64,000 bases of DNA from assembly GCA_012295275.1 (NCBI GenBank), contig CM022678.1, positions 3,410,001 to 3,474,000 of the forward strand. Direction: 5' to 3'. This document shows, piece by piece, positions 28,020 through 42,837 of the stretch. The translations under genes and the position numbers were made by a program. Origin of the DNA: Chrysomallon squamiferum. Its lineage: Eukaryota; Animalia; Mollusca. Each line of letters opens with the position of its first letter. Position 1 is the first letter of the stretch. The notes beneath the pieces are model-generated. The model saw nothing but the letters and a program-made list of their open reading frames with translations, was not told where the DNA came from and did no database searches.

Positions 28020-28347
28020 TCTTTAATATGTATGTTTATTAATGTTAGATGTGAACAAATTACAGTGCAGGTTGCCAGATAGGCCTTAGCTCAATTCGAG
28101 AACGCTGCACTTCTTTCCACGATATTTCGGAAAAGGAAGTTGCATGCTTCCGTAAAAGTGAATGTTTCCTTTTTACGGCATAACGTTATTTTTTTTACTC
28201 CTACATTTAAATTAAAATATATATACACTTCTTATCTGTGGATCCTATGTCTTTAATTAGATGATTGTGAAATTATTTCATTAACATTTCATTAATTTAA
28301 TTAAATTTTACGACTTCAGACTCACTTTAGTTCTTCTGTGTAAAAAC
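28020..28347. promoter_or_regulatory. Bidirectional promoter RPLP1 / TXNDC5 with TCT (5'TOP) initiator
   Basis: The divergent ATGs are about 330 nt apart. Minus-strand CTTCCTTTTCC (28139-28129) is a typical ribosomal-protein TCT initiator. Inverted GGAAG..CTTCC ETS-like pair at 28135-28151. Confidence 0.75.
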
Positions 28348-29980
28348 ATGGCCTACAAGTTTGTGTACGTGTGTAGCTTTTTTATGTTATTAAAATTTAG
28401 AGGCGTTCCTGCTGATATAGATCATGGTGAAACCACATTAACATATAAATCGGACAATTTTGCTACGGAAATTGCAAAAAATAAACATTTTGTGATGTTT
28501 TATGCTCCATGGTAAGTATAAATGACAGATTTGATAAAACAAATGTATTAAACTATTATTCATTACTAATTTACTTATTTACTCTCTCAGATATCGCAGT
28601 AACTTAAATTCAGTGCATAAACCTTTATTTATCTGTTTTAAAATAATAATAATTTTATATTTAAAAATACATAATTTAATTTTCATTTTGTAATTTTTTT
28701 TCATATTATATAATTATTATATTAACAGTCATAGAATAGATAATTAGTAACATATTATAATAATATTAATTGTAAATAATCAACTTCTGAAAATGAGATA
28801 ACTTGTACTGGCTTGTCATAGGTTTAAGATAACTGAAAAAGATAATTTATCATGTGACTATATAAAGTATGCTTAGTGATTTATGTATTAATGCTGTATC
28901 ATCAATTATTACCTTGAACATTCTGTATGCAAAAGTACATATTGAACTGTTTGATAGTAGCTTTCAAGAAAAAAATTAGGTCCAGTCAGAAATATCTTCT
29001 TTTTTCTTTTTTTTTATTAATATGAAACAGTTTAAAAGATTTTTTAAAGGTATAATAATAGCCCCTTCTTACTTTTACAAGCTGTAACAGGTTATTTAAA
29101 ATTTAAAACTGTTACATTTTATGTTTTTGACCTCCACTATATATTTTATCTTTATTTCACTGACTAATTCAAGCTGTTGATATTTAAACTTCGATTTTTT
29201 TTAAATATTTTTTTTTGTTGTTATATTTTGTATTTATTTAATGTTTATCTTGCTTTCTTTCCTTCTTTCTTTCTTTCTTTCTTTCTTTCTTACTATTATT
29301 ATTAGTTTTTGATTATTATTATTTGTACATGTTTTTGTACATATTTATATGTTTTTAATCAAACTCACAAGCTGCAATCAGTATATTGACAACAATTAAT
29401 AATAACAATAACAATAACAATAATAATAATAGCAATTTTCACATAAACAGCCAAAAATTCAAAATAAATGTGAAATGTCCAGAACATGTGCTACTTTACA
29501 TGTATTAAAATTTAAACATTTTATTTCCTGACATAGTCATGTTTAATGGTTATGAATGTCATAACTGACATATTCTATATTATTTAATGTTTTATATTTT
29601 AAATTATTTAAGTTTTGTCTGCATGTCATTGTCATTCCATATAATTTGACCCAAATACTATAACCCATTTTCATAGAAATTCTTATATGCATATTCATTT
29701 TGGTCTCAGAATGACTAACTATAAAATTTTTCTTTTCACCAAACCTGTAAGTCTGCAAATAGGACCCTTCACTATTTTATATTTTTAGTCAGACACCCAG
29801 TGACAGGTTATCAGTTTTGTGTTTTATCAGTTTATAATCAACTGGAATTTTAAGTACATCATAAAATTATCAGTTAAAGTGTTTTACTTCTAGACGAAAA
29901 CAAACTTTGCCATAATAAAAACAAACAAATTATATGCAGGAATAATGTTTTTTTTTCAGTCAAAAACAGTAGATTAAATA

Positions 29981-30019
<39 letters not shown>

Positions 30020-31637
30020 ATGTGTATTATAAAGGATTTTATGAAAAAATATAAAATTTGTACAGTCTCTAGTAAATTTTTGTTTTTGTTTCTAACAAGG
30101 TGTGGCCATTGTAAAAGATTATCACCAACCTGGAATGAACTGGCAAAGATTTATAACAAAGACATCTCTGTTTCACCTGTGATTATAGCAAAGGTGAGTT
30201 TATTATTTTGAATTTATCACAGGTGTTTCTGTTAAAATTCTGAGTTTATGGAAGAACTTATTAAATCCAGCCAAAATGATTAATTTGAACCAGCTATTGC
30301 AAATAATGTTTTAATCATGATTGCATATTTATTGATTAATTTTAAAATAAATTAAAACATTTTAATACCACTTTTAACAGTAAAATGAATTTTTACAGTT
30401 TTTAAGAGTAAAATGAATTTATACAGTTTTTAACAGTAATGAATTTATCCAGTTTTTAACTAATGAATTTATACAGTTTTTAACAGTAATGAATTTAAAC
30501 AATTTTTAAGAGTAGAATGAATGTATACAGTTTTTAAGAGTAGAATGAATGTATACAGTTTTTAAGAGTAGAATGAATGTATACAGTTTTTAAGAGTAGA
30601 ATGAATTTATATAGTTTTTAAGAGTAGAATGAATGTATTTCAGGTAGACTGCACCACAGACACTAGTGTGTGTGCTGAACATGATATTACGGGTTATCCC
30701 ACAATCAAATTTTTTAAAGACAAAACCAGCTCAGTTCGTTACAAAGGAAATCGTGACTTGGACTCATTACAGAGATATGTGGAAAGTCAACTGAATCCTG
30801 AATCTGAGGTATTTTTATATTTTATATTATTTGATATTTAGTTTTTATATTTTGTATTTAATATTTAATATTTATTTTTTATATTATGTATTATTTAATA
30901 TTTATATTTTGTGTTATTTAATATTTATTTTTTTATATTATTTAATACTTTATGTTACGTACTATTTTATATTATTGATATTTTTTTTATTTTTAATACT
31001 TTAATCTTATTTAATATCTTATTTTTTATATTTTACATTATTTTATATTTTATATTTTATAGTGTTTAATATTTTATATTTTATATTATTTAATGTTTTA
31101 TATTTTATATTATTTAATGTGTTATATTTTAAATTATTTACATTTTGTCTGCATGTCATTGTCATTCCATATAATCTGACCCAAATACTATAACCCATTT
31201 TCATAGAAATTCTTATGCCTATTCATTTTGGTCTCAAATGCCTAAATATAAAATTTCCCATTCACCAAACCAATAAGTTTGCAAAAAGAACCCTTTTAGT
31301 CAAAATGGACAGAGCAATCAATTTTCAGTAGTATTTTAGTAGTCTGTGCATCAATCTTCATAATACTAGTAATGTCGGAATGAGATCCATGATGAATCCA
31401 GATTGTAACTGTTATAAATGGTTTTAGATAAATTTTAATTATCTAGTTTCAAAGGAAGGAGATTATGATATAAAAAAAAAAGAATATATTTTAGTTCATT
31501 ATATTTATAGAAAAAATAGAACTTTTGGTACAAAACTGTTGTGTTACCTACTTTCAAATGCATTTTATTTAAATATAGAACAAAGAATTTGGTTTGAAAC
31601 TTTTTTTTCTTTCTTTCTTTCGTTTTTCATTTATTTA

Positions 31638-31684
<47 letters not shown>

Positions 31685-31739
31685 GAACAAAGAATTTGGT
31701 TTGAAACATTTTTTCTTTCTTTTGTTTTTTTAATTTATT

Positions 31740-31807
<68 letters not shown>

Positions 31808-32487
31808 CATCATTATTTTATTTTTTATTTACTTATTTTTCTCTAAGGAAGGAGACGCAGACGCGAAAGGTTCAGACAGAGAAAAATGGCTGGTTGAGTT
31901 GGATGATGCGACGTTTGAAAAGCACATCGAGACGGGTCAACACTTCGTCAAGTTCTACGCCCCATGGTGTGGTCACTGTCAGAAACTGGCCCCTGTCTGG
32001 GAGGAGCTGGCCAGTACCTTTCAGTTCAATGACAAAGTAACAATTGCCAAGGTAACAGGTCAAACTTTATCTATAAAAAAAAATATTTTCTTTATTTTTG
32101 TTTTAGAGGCGTTTTGACTTTTCTTGTATATTTTTTTTTGTATTTTTTATTTTTGTATTGTTGAAATTTTCAGGTATATGTTTTCTTATTTTGTTACTTA
32201 TTTTAATTCCTTTAGAAAAAAAAAAAAAAACAATGTTTCTTTTTGTAGATTTTTATTTAAGTAGCAAGAATGAAGGGGGTAGTTGTTGTCTTGAATTCTG
32301 AAATAATATTCTACTCACAATAAACAAAATATTTATTAATTTTTTTATTTACTTTTTGAACTGTTTACTGCTCAATGTTTTATTTACATTCATACACAGA
32401 TACACACACTCATTGTTTTTTGTTGTATATACATTCATATGTATGTAAGTGTACATATTTACATATATATATATATAAATGCACATA

Positions 32488-32533
<46 letters not shown>

Positions 32534-33203
32534 AAAACTTATTTTTCTGATTAATATCTAAAAATCAGTGTTTGCATGGAGCCTTGAAAACATTCTTCAG
32601 TAGAATAACAAAAGTGTTTATTGTTTTTATTTGTTTTTCAGATTGACTGCATGGACAGTAAAACTGTTTGTACTATTCAGAATATTCAAGCTTATCCAAC
32701 TCTTCTCTGGTTCAAGAATGGCATGATGGTAAAACAATTAAATTTTACACATTCCAAATAAAAATAAAACCTCTATTTAAAATCTAACTTGTCTTTATAA
32801 TAATATAAATTTAAATCCAGATTTATCTCGAAAATCATCATCATGTGTAAAATTAAAATTTAAGGGAATATTTGTCAGTTTTTTATTTAAAATTCAGTTA
32901 GTTAAAAATTTTTATTTAAATAATCATTCAGATGGTATAAACTTTAATTTTAAAAAGAATTAAGTGAGTTTTGTCAATTTAGATAAATCAGTTAAAATAA
33001 AAATAGATTTAAGCATTTTTAAAATATGAAAAAGGATCATTAATTTTTTTAAATCATTAATACTTTGTAATGTAAAGAAAATAACTTTTTTTTTCAATGT
33101 AAAACTAAATTGAAAATTATCGTTAAATATAAAATATGAAGGCATTTGTTGTTAAAATATTTATCAAATTATCATTAAATGTAATAATTAAAGTTTCAAG
33201 GGA

Positions 33204-33243
<40 letters not shown>

Positions 33244-33271
33244 TAAAATAACAATAAAAATAATATTAATG

Positions 33272-33357
<86 letters not shown>

Positions 33358-34015
33358 TTTAACAACAACACTTTAGAAAAGAGATTAAAATTCAGTTTAA
33401 TTCAGTAATGTGTGCTGAGTTGTCATCAGACATCACTTCGACTGTTTTCAGGTGGAGAGATACAATGGTGGACGATCTCACGAAGACTTGAAAGCGTTTG
33501 TCAGTGAAATGTTAGAAAAAGAAGATCCCGAGCTTCTCCGAACTGATGACATGATTGAAGTCAACACTCCACAATCACAGGTCTCATAATTAAAATCCGT
33601 GTATTTTGTCAAATAAGTAATAGAAAATGGGTTTTTCATCTACGTTTTATATTATATTATATTAGAAACAAATTTTTTTTTTTTTTTTTATTGACCATGT
33701 CCATAAAATAAAACAGCAAAAAATGTTTTTTCAAAACTGAATTATTAATGTTAAAACTGATTTTTTAAATTATCTGAAAGTATCTCAAAATATCACACAT
33801 ACATTTGAGTATGCACAGTTTAAGCAGTAATGCATTTTATTCATTGTGTCATCTTCTTTTCATTATTACTGTTTGTTAATATTTGTTGCTGTTTTTGTAG
33901 TTATTATTATAATTATTGTTAGTAAAATTAAAATTAGTAGTACTAATAGTAATCATAATAATAATAGTACCCATAGTATTTGTTACTGTTGATATAGTTA
34001 AAATTACTGTTACTA

Positions 34016-34058
<43 letters not shown>

Positions 34059-35683
34059 TTTTTTTTTACTATAATTTTTTATTTGTTTCTATGACAATTA
34101 TTAATGTTGTTCTCATTCATCTGTGTCTTCATTTCACTGGCTATATATTTTCTACCAGTAAAGAAATTTAGTCACATAATTATTCTAACATCCACATTTC
34201 TGTTTTCAGGCCGCAGTTTTAGATTTGACTGAAGAAAACTTTGAAGATGTTTTGACAGACGGACATGTCTTTGTCAAATTTTTTGCACCTTGGTATGTTC
34301 TAGATCTTTTAATAAAACAAAACTTTAGAAATTTTAATTTTTTTTTTATTATTTAAAATAATCCTATGCTTTCTTTTAGGTATTCTGTAGTTATCTGAGT
34401 CTCCATTACAAAACACAGCAGTGTTAATATATTTTCTTAAAACCATAAAACTCGAAATAAAATAAAAGAAAATGATAAAAACGTATATCTTTTAATATAA
34501 GATGTTTATCAGAGTTTGGGGGCTTTTTAATATATTATTTTATAACAGTAGATTGTTTTTATTAAGCTTAGGGGTCATTCATTCTTGTAGTGAATGTTTT
34601 AGTTTTTCTTCCTGTTTGAAACCTGAGATTTTAATCTTTTTGTTTTACTCCAGGTGTGGACACTGTAAGAGATTAGCCCCAACGTGGGAAGATTTGTCCA
34701 AGAAATTCTCTGACACAAATGAAATTAAAATAGCTGAAGTTGACTGTACGAAACACACAAATTTATGTAAAGCATACCAGGTATGTTATTTGAACTATTT
34801 TATAAAAAAATTTTTTTATGATTTTTATTATTATTATTAGTAGTAGTAGTATAATAACAGAGGTGGTGGTGGTGATGATAGTAAGAGTAGTAGTAGTTTT
34901 ACTTCCTAGTAGTAGTAGTAGTAGTTTTACTTCTAGTAGTAGTAGTAGTAGTTTTGTTGTTGTTGTTGTAGTAGTGGTAATATTACAAGCAGTTTTAATA
35001 GTTTTAAATAATTACTTTTTGTAAAGGTAATAATAGTGGTAGTAGTTGTATAAAAATAGTAGCAGTGGTAATAATATGGTAACTGCTGTTATTGTTGTTT
35101 TATAGATGTAGCTGTAGTTGTAGTAGTTGCAGTAGAAGCAGCAGTAATAGAAGTAGTGATTGTAATAGTAATAGTAATAGCATCACAATAGTAGTAGTAA
35201 TAGTCAGTAGTACAAATATTGTTATTTTTATTATTATTATTATTATTGTTCTTCTATATTTCTGTTATTACTGTCATTATTATTATTATTTCTATCCTTA
35301 TATTTATTATTACTATATTTATCATCTTCATTATTATTTTCTTTTTATTATTGTTACTATAGTTATTACTATTATTATTATCATTATTATCATTATTTCT
35401 GTTATTATTATTATCACTGTCATTGTTATCGTTATTTTATTATTATTATTTTAATTGATTGTTACCGTTATTATTATTAATATCATTATTACTATAATCA
35501 TCATCATCATCAACATAATTATTGTTATTATTATGATTATTATTACTGAAGATACGAGGCTATCCTACTCTGATACTGTATCACAGTGGTGAAAAAATTG
35601 CGGAATACGTTGGATCTCGGACACTGGAAGACATGCACTCGTTTGTCCTGGAGCACTTAGAAGCAAAGAGGGACGAACTGTAG
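28348..35683 (+). CDS. TXNDC5: Thioredoxin domain-containing protein 5 (ERp46, PDI family)
   Basis: Exons 28348-28511, 30100-30193, 30644-30808, 31848-32051, 32642-32728, 33452-33580, 34210-34292, 34654-34780, 35552-35683. Signal peptide, three F(Y/F)APWCGHC thioredoxin domains without b domains, and C-terminal ER-retention RDEL*. Confidence 0.95.
29613..29770 (+). repeat. About 150-bp dispersed repeat, copy 1 (TXNDC5 intron 1)
   Basis: ttttgtctgcatgtcattgtcattccatataat.tgacccaaatactataacccattttcatagaaattcttat... is near-identical to 31143-31296. Confidence 0.9.
30370..30640. repeat. 28-bp minisatellite abutting the TXNDC5 exon 3 acceptor
   Basis: About 10 units of atacagtttttaagagtagaatgaatgt and variants. 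Confidence 0.92.
31143..31296 (+). repeat. About 150-bp dispersed repeat, copy 2 (TXNDC5 intron 3)
   Basis: Same sequence and orientation as 29613-29770. Confidence 0.9.
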
Positions 35684-35711
35684 AGCAAAAAAAAAAAAAA
35701 ACAACAACATA

Positions 35712-35899
35712 CAGTCAGACCAGTATTAATCAGCCAACAGTGTCCTTTCTAAACAGGTGGCTGCTTAAGTGAGGTCGAAGCGTTAGGTTACTTTTGAATG
35801 TTAAACATTTAACAGAGATCACTCGATAGTAGATAAATAAGTTTGGTAAGGGTGTATTTGAAAGTGTCCTGTATTCCAAGGTGGATGCTTTTAAGAAGG

Positions 35900-35932
<33 letters not shown>

Positions 35933-36209
35933 TAAACATGGCCTCATAAAACAGATCAGCTTATCCCTGTAGAAAAATATAGAGTATTATGAAAATACGG
36001 CCAGGTAATACAGGTGGCTGGTTAAAGCAGGTCTGTATGTTCTGAACAGTTTGTGATGTATTGAGAAAAGGCCACATAATACAGGTGGGTTGATAATGCA
36101 GGTCATTTTATAATACAGATAGTTATGAAGTAAAAATTCAAAAAAAAAAATGTCCTAATAAGACAGGTGGCTGGTTAATGCAGGTGGTCTATTAAAGCAG
36201 GTTTGACTG
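35712..36209. mobile_element. Tc1/mariner-type MITE immediately downstream of the TXNDC5 stop codon
   Basis: Imperfect TIRs TA|cagtcagaccagtattaatcagcca ... tggtctattaaagcaggtttgactg|TA. Internal subrepeats acaggtggctg..taa.gcaggt occur 4-5 times. Confidence 0.75.
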
Positions 36210-39200
36210 TATTTCATTTTACATTCGTAGTCATAAAAAAAAAATTTGAAATAATTTATTGTCAGTTTAGTTTATATTAAAAATGTGGAGATGGTTTATG
36301 TTATGGTTTACGCAGACAGAAATAAATAATTAACTGGATCTCAGCTTTATTATCCTGTTGGAAGTCATCATCTTAGCAACAAATGGGTTAAAGTGTATGT
36401 ATCTATGGCAACATGAATAAAATGGCGTCAAATAATTCCTTATACTTCCAAGTTATTATTTTATTGTTTTGTGCAAACCAGTCATCACTGGTAACAAATT
36501 GTATCAGTAAATAATATGGTTGAAAAATACCTGATTGCCACCATTTTATTTCTTTACAACGTTGTCATGGTGATATTGATTAGTAGCAGATGGATAGATG
36601 TAGTTTTTCTTGCAGTAGAAGAAATTTGGGGTTCTGTTTATATGGGATGATTTTAATATTAAGAAAATTAATATAATACTGTGTGTCATTTTAAAACTGT
36701 TTTATTTTATTATTATACTTTGTAATTAATTAAGATTGGAAGTTAAAAAAAGCAACAAAAATTAACAGCAACAACAACAACTTAATAATAATAATTAAAT
36801 AATAATAATAATAATTAACTAATAATAATAATAATAATAATAATAACAAGGTAAATTAGAAGTATGGAGAATATATTTAGTTTTTTTCTGATCAACTGAA
36901 TGTTTTTAAGAAATTAAAAAACAAATGTTATTTCATTAGGCTAAATTTTAACAAAATAAATAAAATAAATAAATAATAATACTAATAATGTGGTGTTTGT
37001 TAAATGTGTTACTGATTTATTTGTTTGGTTCTGGTGAGTACAATTTTTTTATTTATTGATTATTATTATTATTATTATTATTTAATCTGATTTCTTTTTG
37101 AAATTTTATTTTTTTATTTTTTTGAATTTTTAAAAATGTATTTATATATATATATATAGTTATTTTTATTATTAAATGAAGCAATGTTGATATTTTTTCT
37201 TTTCTTTGTTTTCAACGAGATAAAAATCAATTTATATAAATCAGATAAACTATTTTTATAACTAGCTTTGTTTAGATAGTTTACACAGTTGTTGAGAAGG
37301 TGCTTATTTTATTTTTTAATTAATATTTTTATTAAATCTTTTACTTTTTCCCTTCTTTTTATTGAGAATTTTTGTAATGTACAATTCTATTGTACAGATT
37401 TAAACAGTTATCTATAATTCTATTGGACAAATTGTTATTTAAACAATTATCTGTAATTCTATTGGATAAATTCTACAAACCCTGTGAATTAATTCTAATG
37501 CCACACACAAAATATTTTGACCACTACAGAGTTGTTAATTTATTCTTCCTTCAAGATTGGTTATTTCTCAGGCTTATAATAAATATTAAAACATAAAACA
37601 ATCGTTAAGCTCTATATCCTGTATTATTATTATTATATTTCAATTATTTTTTTTAATTATATGCATTATTTTATTTTATTTTATTTTTTTCACTTTCATT
37701 TCTTTTTTAAATTGTGAAATATTTCGGCTGTGACTTTTCATATAGAATATCATTTATGTGCAAATGTGTTTGTATGAATGTTAAATAAAATGTCAAATAT
37801 TTTTCAAATTTAGGATATTGACATTTAAATGTTTAAGTGGTAGTTACACTTTACTTATACAATATCAACAAAACCATTTTAAAATGGGCCTGTCAGTGAA
37901 AAATCATGTTGGATTTGAACTGTGGTGAAAAGAAATTGTTTTCGTTAGGGTTGGACCTTTTATCAGTTATGAAATATGTTCAGTAATGAACTTTTTTATG
38001 AAAGGAACTGGACTATTTACAAATGATGTTCTGTTATGGGCTAGACTATTTAAATTCAATTTCTAATTTAGGCTTAGCTATCTACAAATCATAATTATAG
38101 GCTTACTTACTTACAGCTCATTTTCAGTTAGACCTGGGCTGCTTAGAAATCATGTTCTAATTATGGTATGGGGCGTTTTAAAATCATTTTCTGAAATCAG
38201 CTGCATCATTCACTTGTAATTGTGTTCAACTGAACTTTGAACAAAATCATCCTTCTTGTAATTTTTATTTCCTGTTTTATTTAAGAGTTATTCTAAAACG
38301 GAGATAATTAAAGAATTGCATTTCCAATAAGCTGTGTTGTTCATTGTTACAAATTTTGTTAAACAGAAAATTTAAATTATTATTATTATAATTTTTTTAA
38401 TTATTGTTTTATAATGACATTTATTTTATTATTTTTATTTAAATATTTTCATCCTTGTGTTCCTAACCAGTTTATGAATATAATTAATAGTTGTTTAATG
38501 AACAATAATTATTTAGAGCAAACATACTTGTTTTATGAACAGTATAAATATAAAGAAAACATTATTTAATGAAGTATAATTATTCAGAATTTTAATAGAA
38601 ACACATTGTTTAATGAACAATAATTGTTTAGAGATATTATCACATTCTGAAAACTATTAATATAGAGAAAAGTTTAATAAACAATATTTATGAGCATTAT
38701 TTTAGAGAGAAAAAATGTTTAACAAATAATAATCATGTAGAGAAATTCCAGAACATAATAAAACTTTTATGAAAAATAAAAAGTGATTTCTTGAACTAAG
38801 AGTAGAGAACTCTCGTGACTATTAAAGTTATCTCCAGGAACAAGAGTTCCACCAAAAATCCCATAATCCATTGCAACCCATTCATTAATGTTCCAGAAAT
38901 GGGTTTTAATCTGTGATCGGTAAATCCATTTCATCAAACTTTTGTATTTCCTATTACTGTTTAAAATGTATCTGTCTGTCTGTCTCTCTCTCTCTCTGTT
39001 ATATTAGTTAAGCTCTGGTATAATTGTCTGTCCATCTTTTCTCAAATCTGTTTAAAAATATAATTTATTAAAAATTTACTTTATTTTTTTTATTTATCTT
39101 TTTTTTTTTATATATATATATCTTATTTTTCTATTTAATAAATAAAATAAGATATGCAGTATTCACTGTAATAATCACTAAGGATAATTTGCGCACAATT

Positions 39201-41349
39201 ATATATATATGTTTCTTTTTGTTTGTGCAATGTTTGTGTGCATGCATGTGTGAATGTGGGCATGCATGTGCATGTTCTTCAGCAAAGCATATATTATTGA
39301 CCAGGGTTCTTTTGATGTTTTGTTATCTGTATGTATAACTGTATCTTTGTTCATATGTAAAATAAAAGTTTGACAAAATATCTTTGTTTTCTGTTGTATT
39401 TGTATAGTTTGCATGTAATAACTGAAGCATCTATTTTGTTTCAAGTCTTTTTTTTTTAATAATTATTGTTTGTATTTATATGTTTAATATTTTTAATCAA
39501 TTTTTTTTATACATTAATTTTCAGAACTCTTGGTAATAACAAATATAAATGTTGATCTTATTTTATTGACAGATGGTAAGGTATATTTTAAGAACAAATT
39601 GTTACACAAACAGGTCATTTTTGAAAGGTGTGTAGATCTTTCTATCAAATTATTATTGACTCTCAGTTTCATGGATTGACAGGAGGGAAGCACCTGTCTA
39701 GAAAATGCAAGTCTGGGAAATCACAGATGCAAACATTAACCCTAAAATTTAACCAAACATTAAACTCTAGTACACATAACAACTATATAATACAAGTAAT
39801 ACAATAATCTAAGAATATAAAAATAAAAACTGTGTAAAAAAAAAGTCGTACATTATATATATATATATATATATATAATGAAAAATGTAGGCTAGGTTGG
39901 CTTTAGATTGTTAGTTTAGGAAGGTTATAGGTTCAGTTGTAAAATTTACTCTTAGTTGAAGGAAAGTGGGTTCACAGAGGGTTGCCATGTTCAAATTTTG
40001 TGATTTTTCAAGATTTTGGAAAACTGAGCTCTGCAAAATCAAAGATCAACAGTATACAAATGTACACTCACTCTGTCGCTCTTTGTCTCTACTTTTTGCA
40101 TATACCAAGACTGATAAGAATTAAAAAACCATTTTTGTTTAACACTACATTTGCATCTATTAAATTACTAAATCAGTCTTTTACATATCTGGCACCACAA
40201 ATACCAGATTTATTTTTGCAGTTAATTGTTGAATGTTCATTCTCTGTCTGGTAGTAGAGACCAAACTTATGAAATAACAGCTTGTGGGATCAAGACTTTG
40301 GCAAGACCTTAGAATGTTTTTTTTAGAAATTTTAACAAAAAAAAAAACCTTCTAAAATTGACTGCAGTTAAAACTAAGTCAGAAATCCTAAATTATCAGA
40401 TGATGGCTATGTCAGGTAATATCAAATGTTGTCATTTGTGACTGCCTGTGTTTATTGGAAGATGTATGAAATATATCTCTTTGCAACAAGCATAACCTTT
40501 AAAATTGAAAACAAAATTAAATTAAATTAAAATTTAAAAAAAAAATTAAATATTGAAAAAGCACAATTTTTTCTTTAATCTTTATTATAAAATCAAATAT
40601 TTACCTAGTTTTGTTGGGTATTTTTTTTTTTTTTTTGTATTCATATTTTATTTTCCTTCATAGGCATAATATGTAGATCTTTATAACAGAATAAAAATAA
40701 CTAATAACATAAAAAGACAATTTCAAAATTTATTTTTTACATTTAAAAAAAATAATGTAAACAAAATGGAATGTACACATACAACAAAATTCAGGTAACA
40801 AACATTTGGAAAAAAATCACCCTTAAAAACAATCGCTAAATAATTATACTACCAATATGTGTATATTTTGTTTGATCAATGAATATAAAAATAAAATGGG
40901 ATGGACATTCAAAATTTCTTTGATATAAAAATCTACAAGTTCCATTAATATTTGTGAAATATGTAAAATGTATGATGTAGATGTGTATTTCTGGACGGAC
41001 TGAAGTATTTTTCACCTAACATCACTGACACAGTAAGAAACAATTTAATTACTTGCAGTAGAAGGTCAATTTTTGACAAAATGTTTTCTTGTAGAGATTT
41101 CTTTCAGAATACAGAACAGTTACTAAAGTGTTCAATTAATGAAGATTAAACATTTTGTAAACTAAACATAACTACAATAATATATATTTTCAGATCAGTT
41201 GCAACAAGTATGAATCAGGTTTTCAAATGTTTCAGAACATTAATGAATTCAACCATTAATTAAAAAAAATTAATTAAATGACAAATATTTTCATTTCTTA
41301 GAAATAGTTTTGGCTATGTACATGAATTCTGAATGAGTCTTATTTTTTT

Positions 41350-41400
<51 letters not shown>

Positions 41401-41528
41401 TAAATTAAAAAAAAAAAAATTTATTTATTCATTACAATTAAAATATTTTTTTCTTCAGTTTTTCTTCTTAATTTCTTAGTAAAACTGATGTAATTTTTAA
41501 ATTTAATCCTAAATCAAAGTGTTTGTGT

Positions 41529-41767
41529 TCATGGTCCTATTTTCATGTGACAGAGAGGACAAGTCTGTCTCTGACTGATCTCTGACTCGATGGCGCAGTG
41601 TTTACAGTAACTACACTGCCAGTACTGATATTCCATGATGGGACGTCCTGTCACAATACACACAGAGAACTTGTTGTCACACTCAGAACACGCATTTGAC
41701 CTTTAAAAAAAATTTAAAAAAAAAAAAAAAAATTTATAAAATAAAAAAAAAAAAAAATAAAATAAAA

Positions 41768-41807
<40 letters not shown>

Positions 41808-42806
41808 AATAATAAAATTAAAAACAAAAAAACAAAACCAATTTTATACTAATATCCTTATTAAGTAATAACTTTTTTATGAGAAATAAAAAGAAAAAAA
41901 ATTAAATATGTTCCTATAAAATAAAAATTTTCTTAACAATAAAAAGGTAATAAAGTATGAAAATCTTTATTACATGAAGAAAAAATAAATAAATAAATAA
42001 ATATTGCTCTGAAGAAAATATTTTATGACATAAAAAAAAGAAGTTCTTTTATAATATCTTAAAAAAAAAAAAAAAATTAGTATGTAAATCTTTACTAAAT
42101 TGACAAATAAAAAAACTTTTAAAAGAAGTTTTTATAGTGGATGTGTTTTATGATGGTATCTGAGTCCATGTGTACCTAAGACCAATCAGTGTTTAGATTC
42201 TACTGTATGATTCATTTGTCATGAACCTGAACATTGTAAAATTTTATTTAGATTATTGTAAATAAAATAAAATTAAAATAAACTCACCAGTCTGGGATAG
42301 ACGAGCCACAGGTTGAACATTCCACTTTGTTTGTGTGGCTGTCTTTTGGACTATGCCTAGAAAAATGTGTTCAAAATTGTAAGAACTAAACTGATAATTA
42401 GCAATAACTGTGACAACATGAATAAGAAATTTAATTAATAACAAATGTGTACATCTAAATTATATATAAATACACACTACCACACACACACACACGTACA
42501 AACACACACACACACACATACACACACACACACACTTGATATTAAAAATACATTTGGTAACAGTCATACTTAGTGAATATTTCCAGAGCCAGTTCCTGGA
42601 AGGCGTCTCTCTGGTCTTTAGGCAGAGATTCAAGTGATTCCAGTTTGATGAACGCTTTCGAACACGTCCCAAACGCACGATTTGCACAAGCTGCCAGTGC
42701 TGTGAAAAAAATTAATAACAAAACAATAACTGTATTCCACATCATTAATACTGAAATTCACTTTATAGTGAATAATAATAATAATAATATTAATATAATA
42801 ATAATT

Positions 42807-42837
<31 letters not shown>

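Noticed and set aside
30370-30640. 28-bp repeats of CRISPR-like length
   Set aside because: Head-to-tail units without unique spacers, in a eukaryotic intron, with no cas genes.
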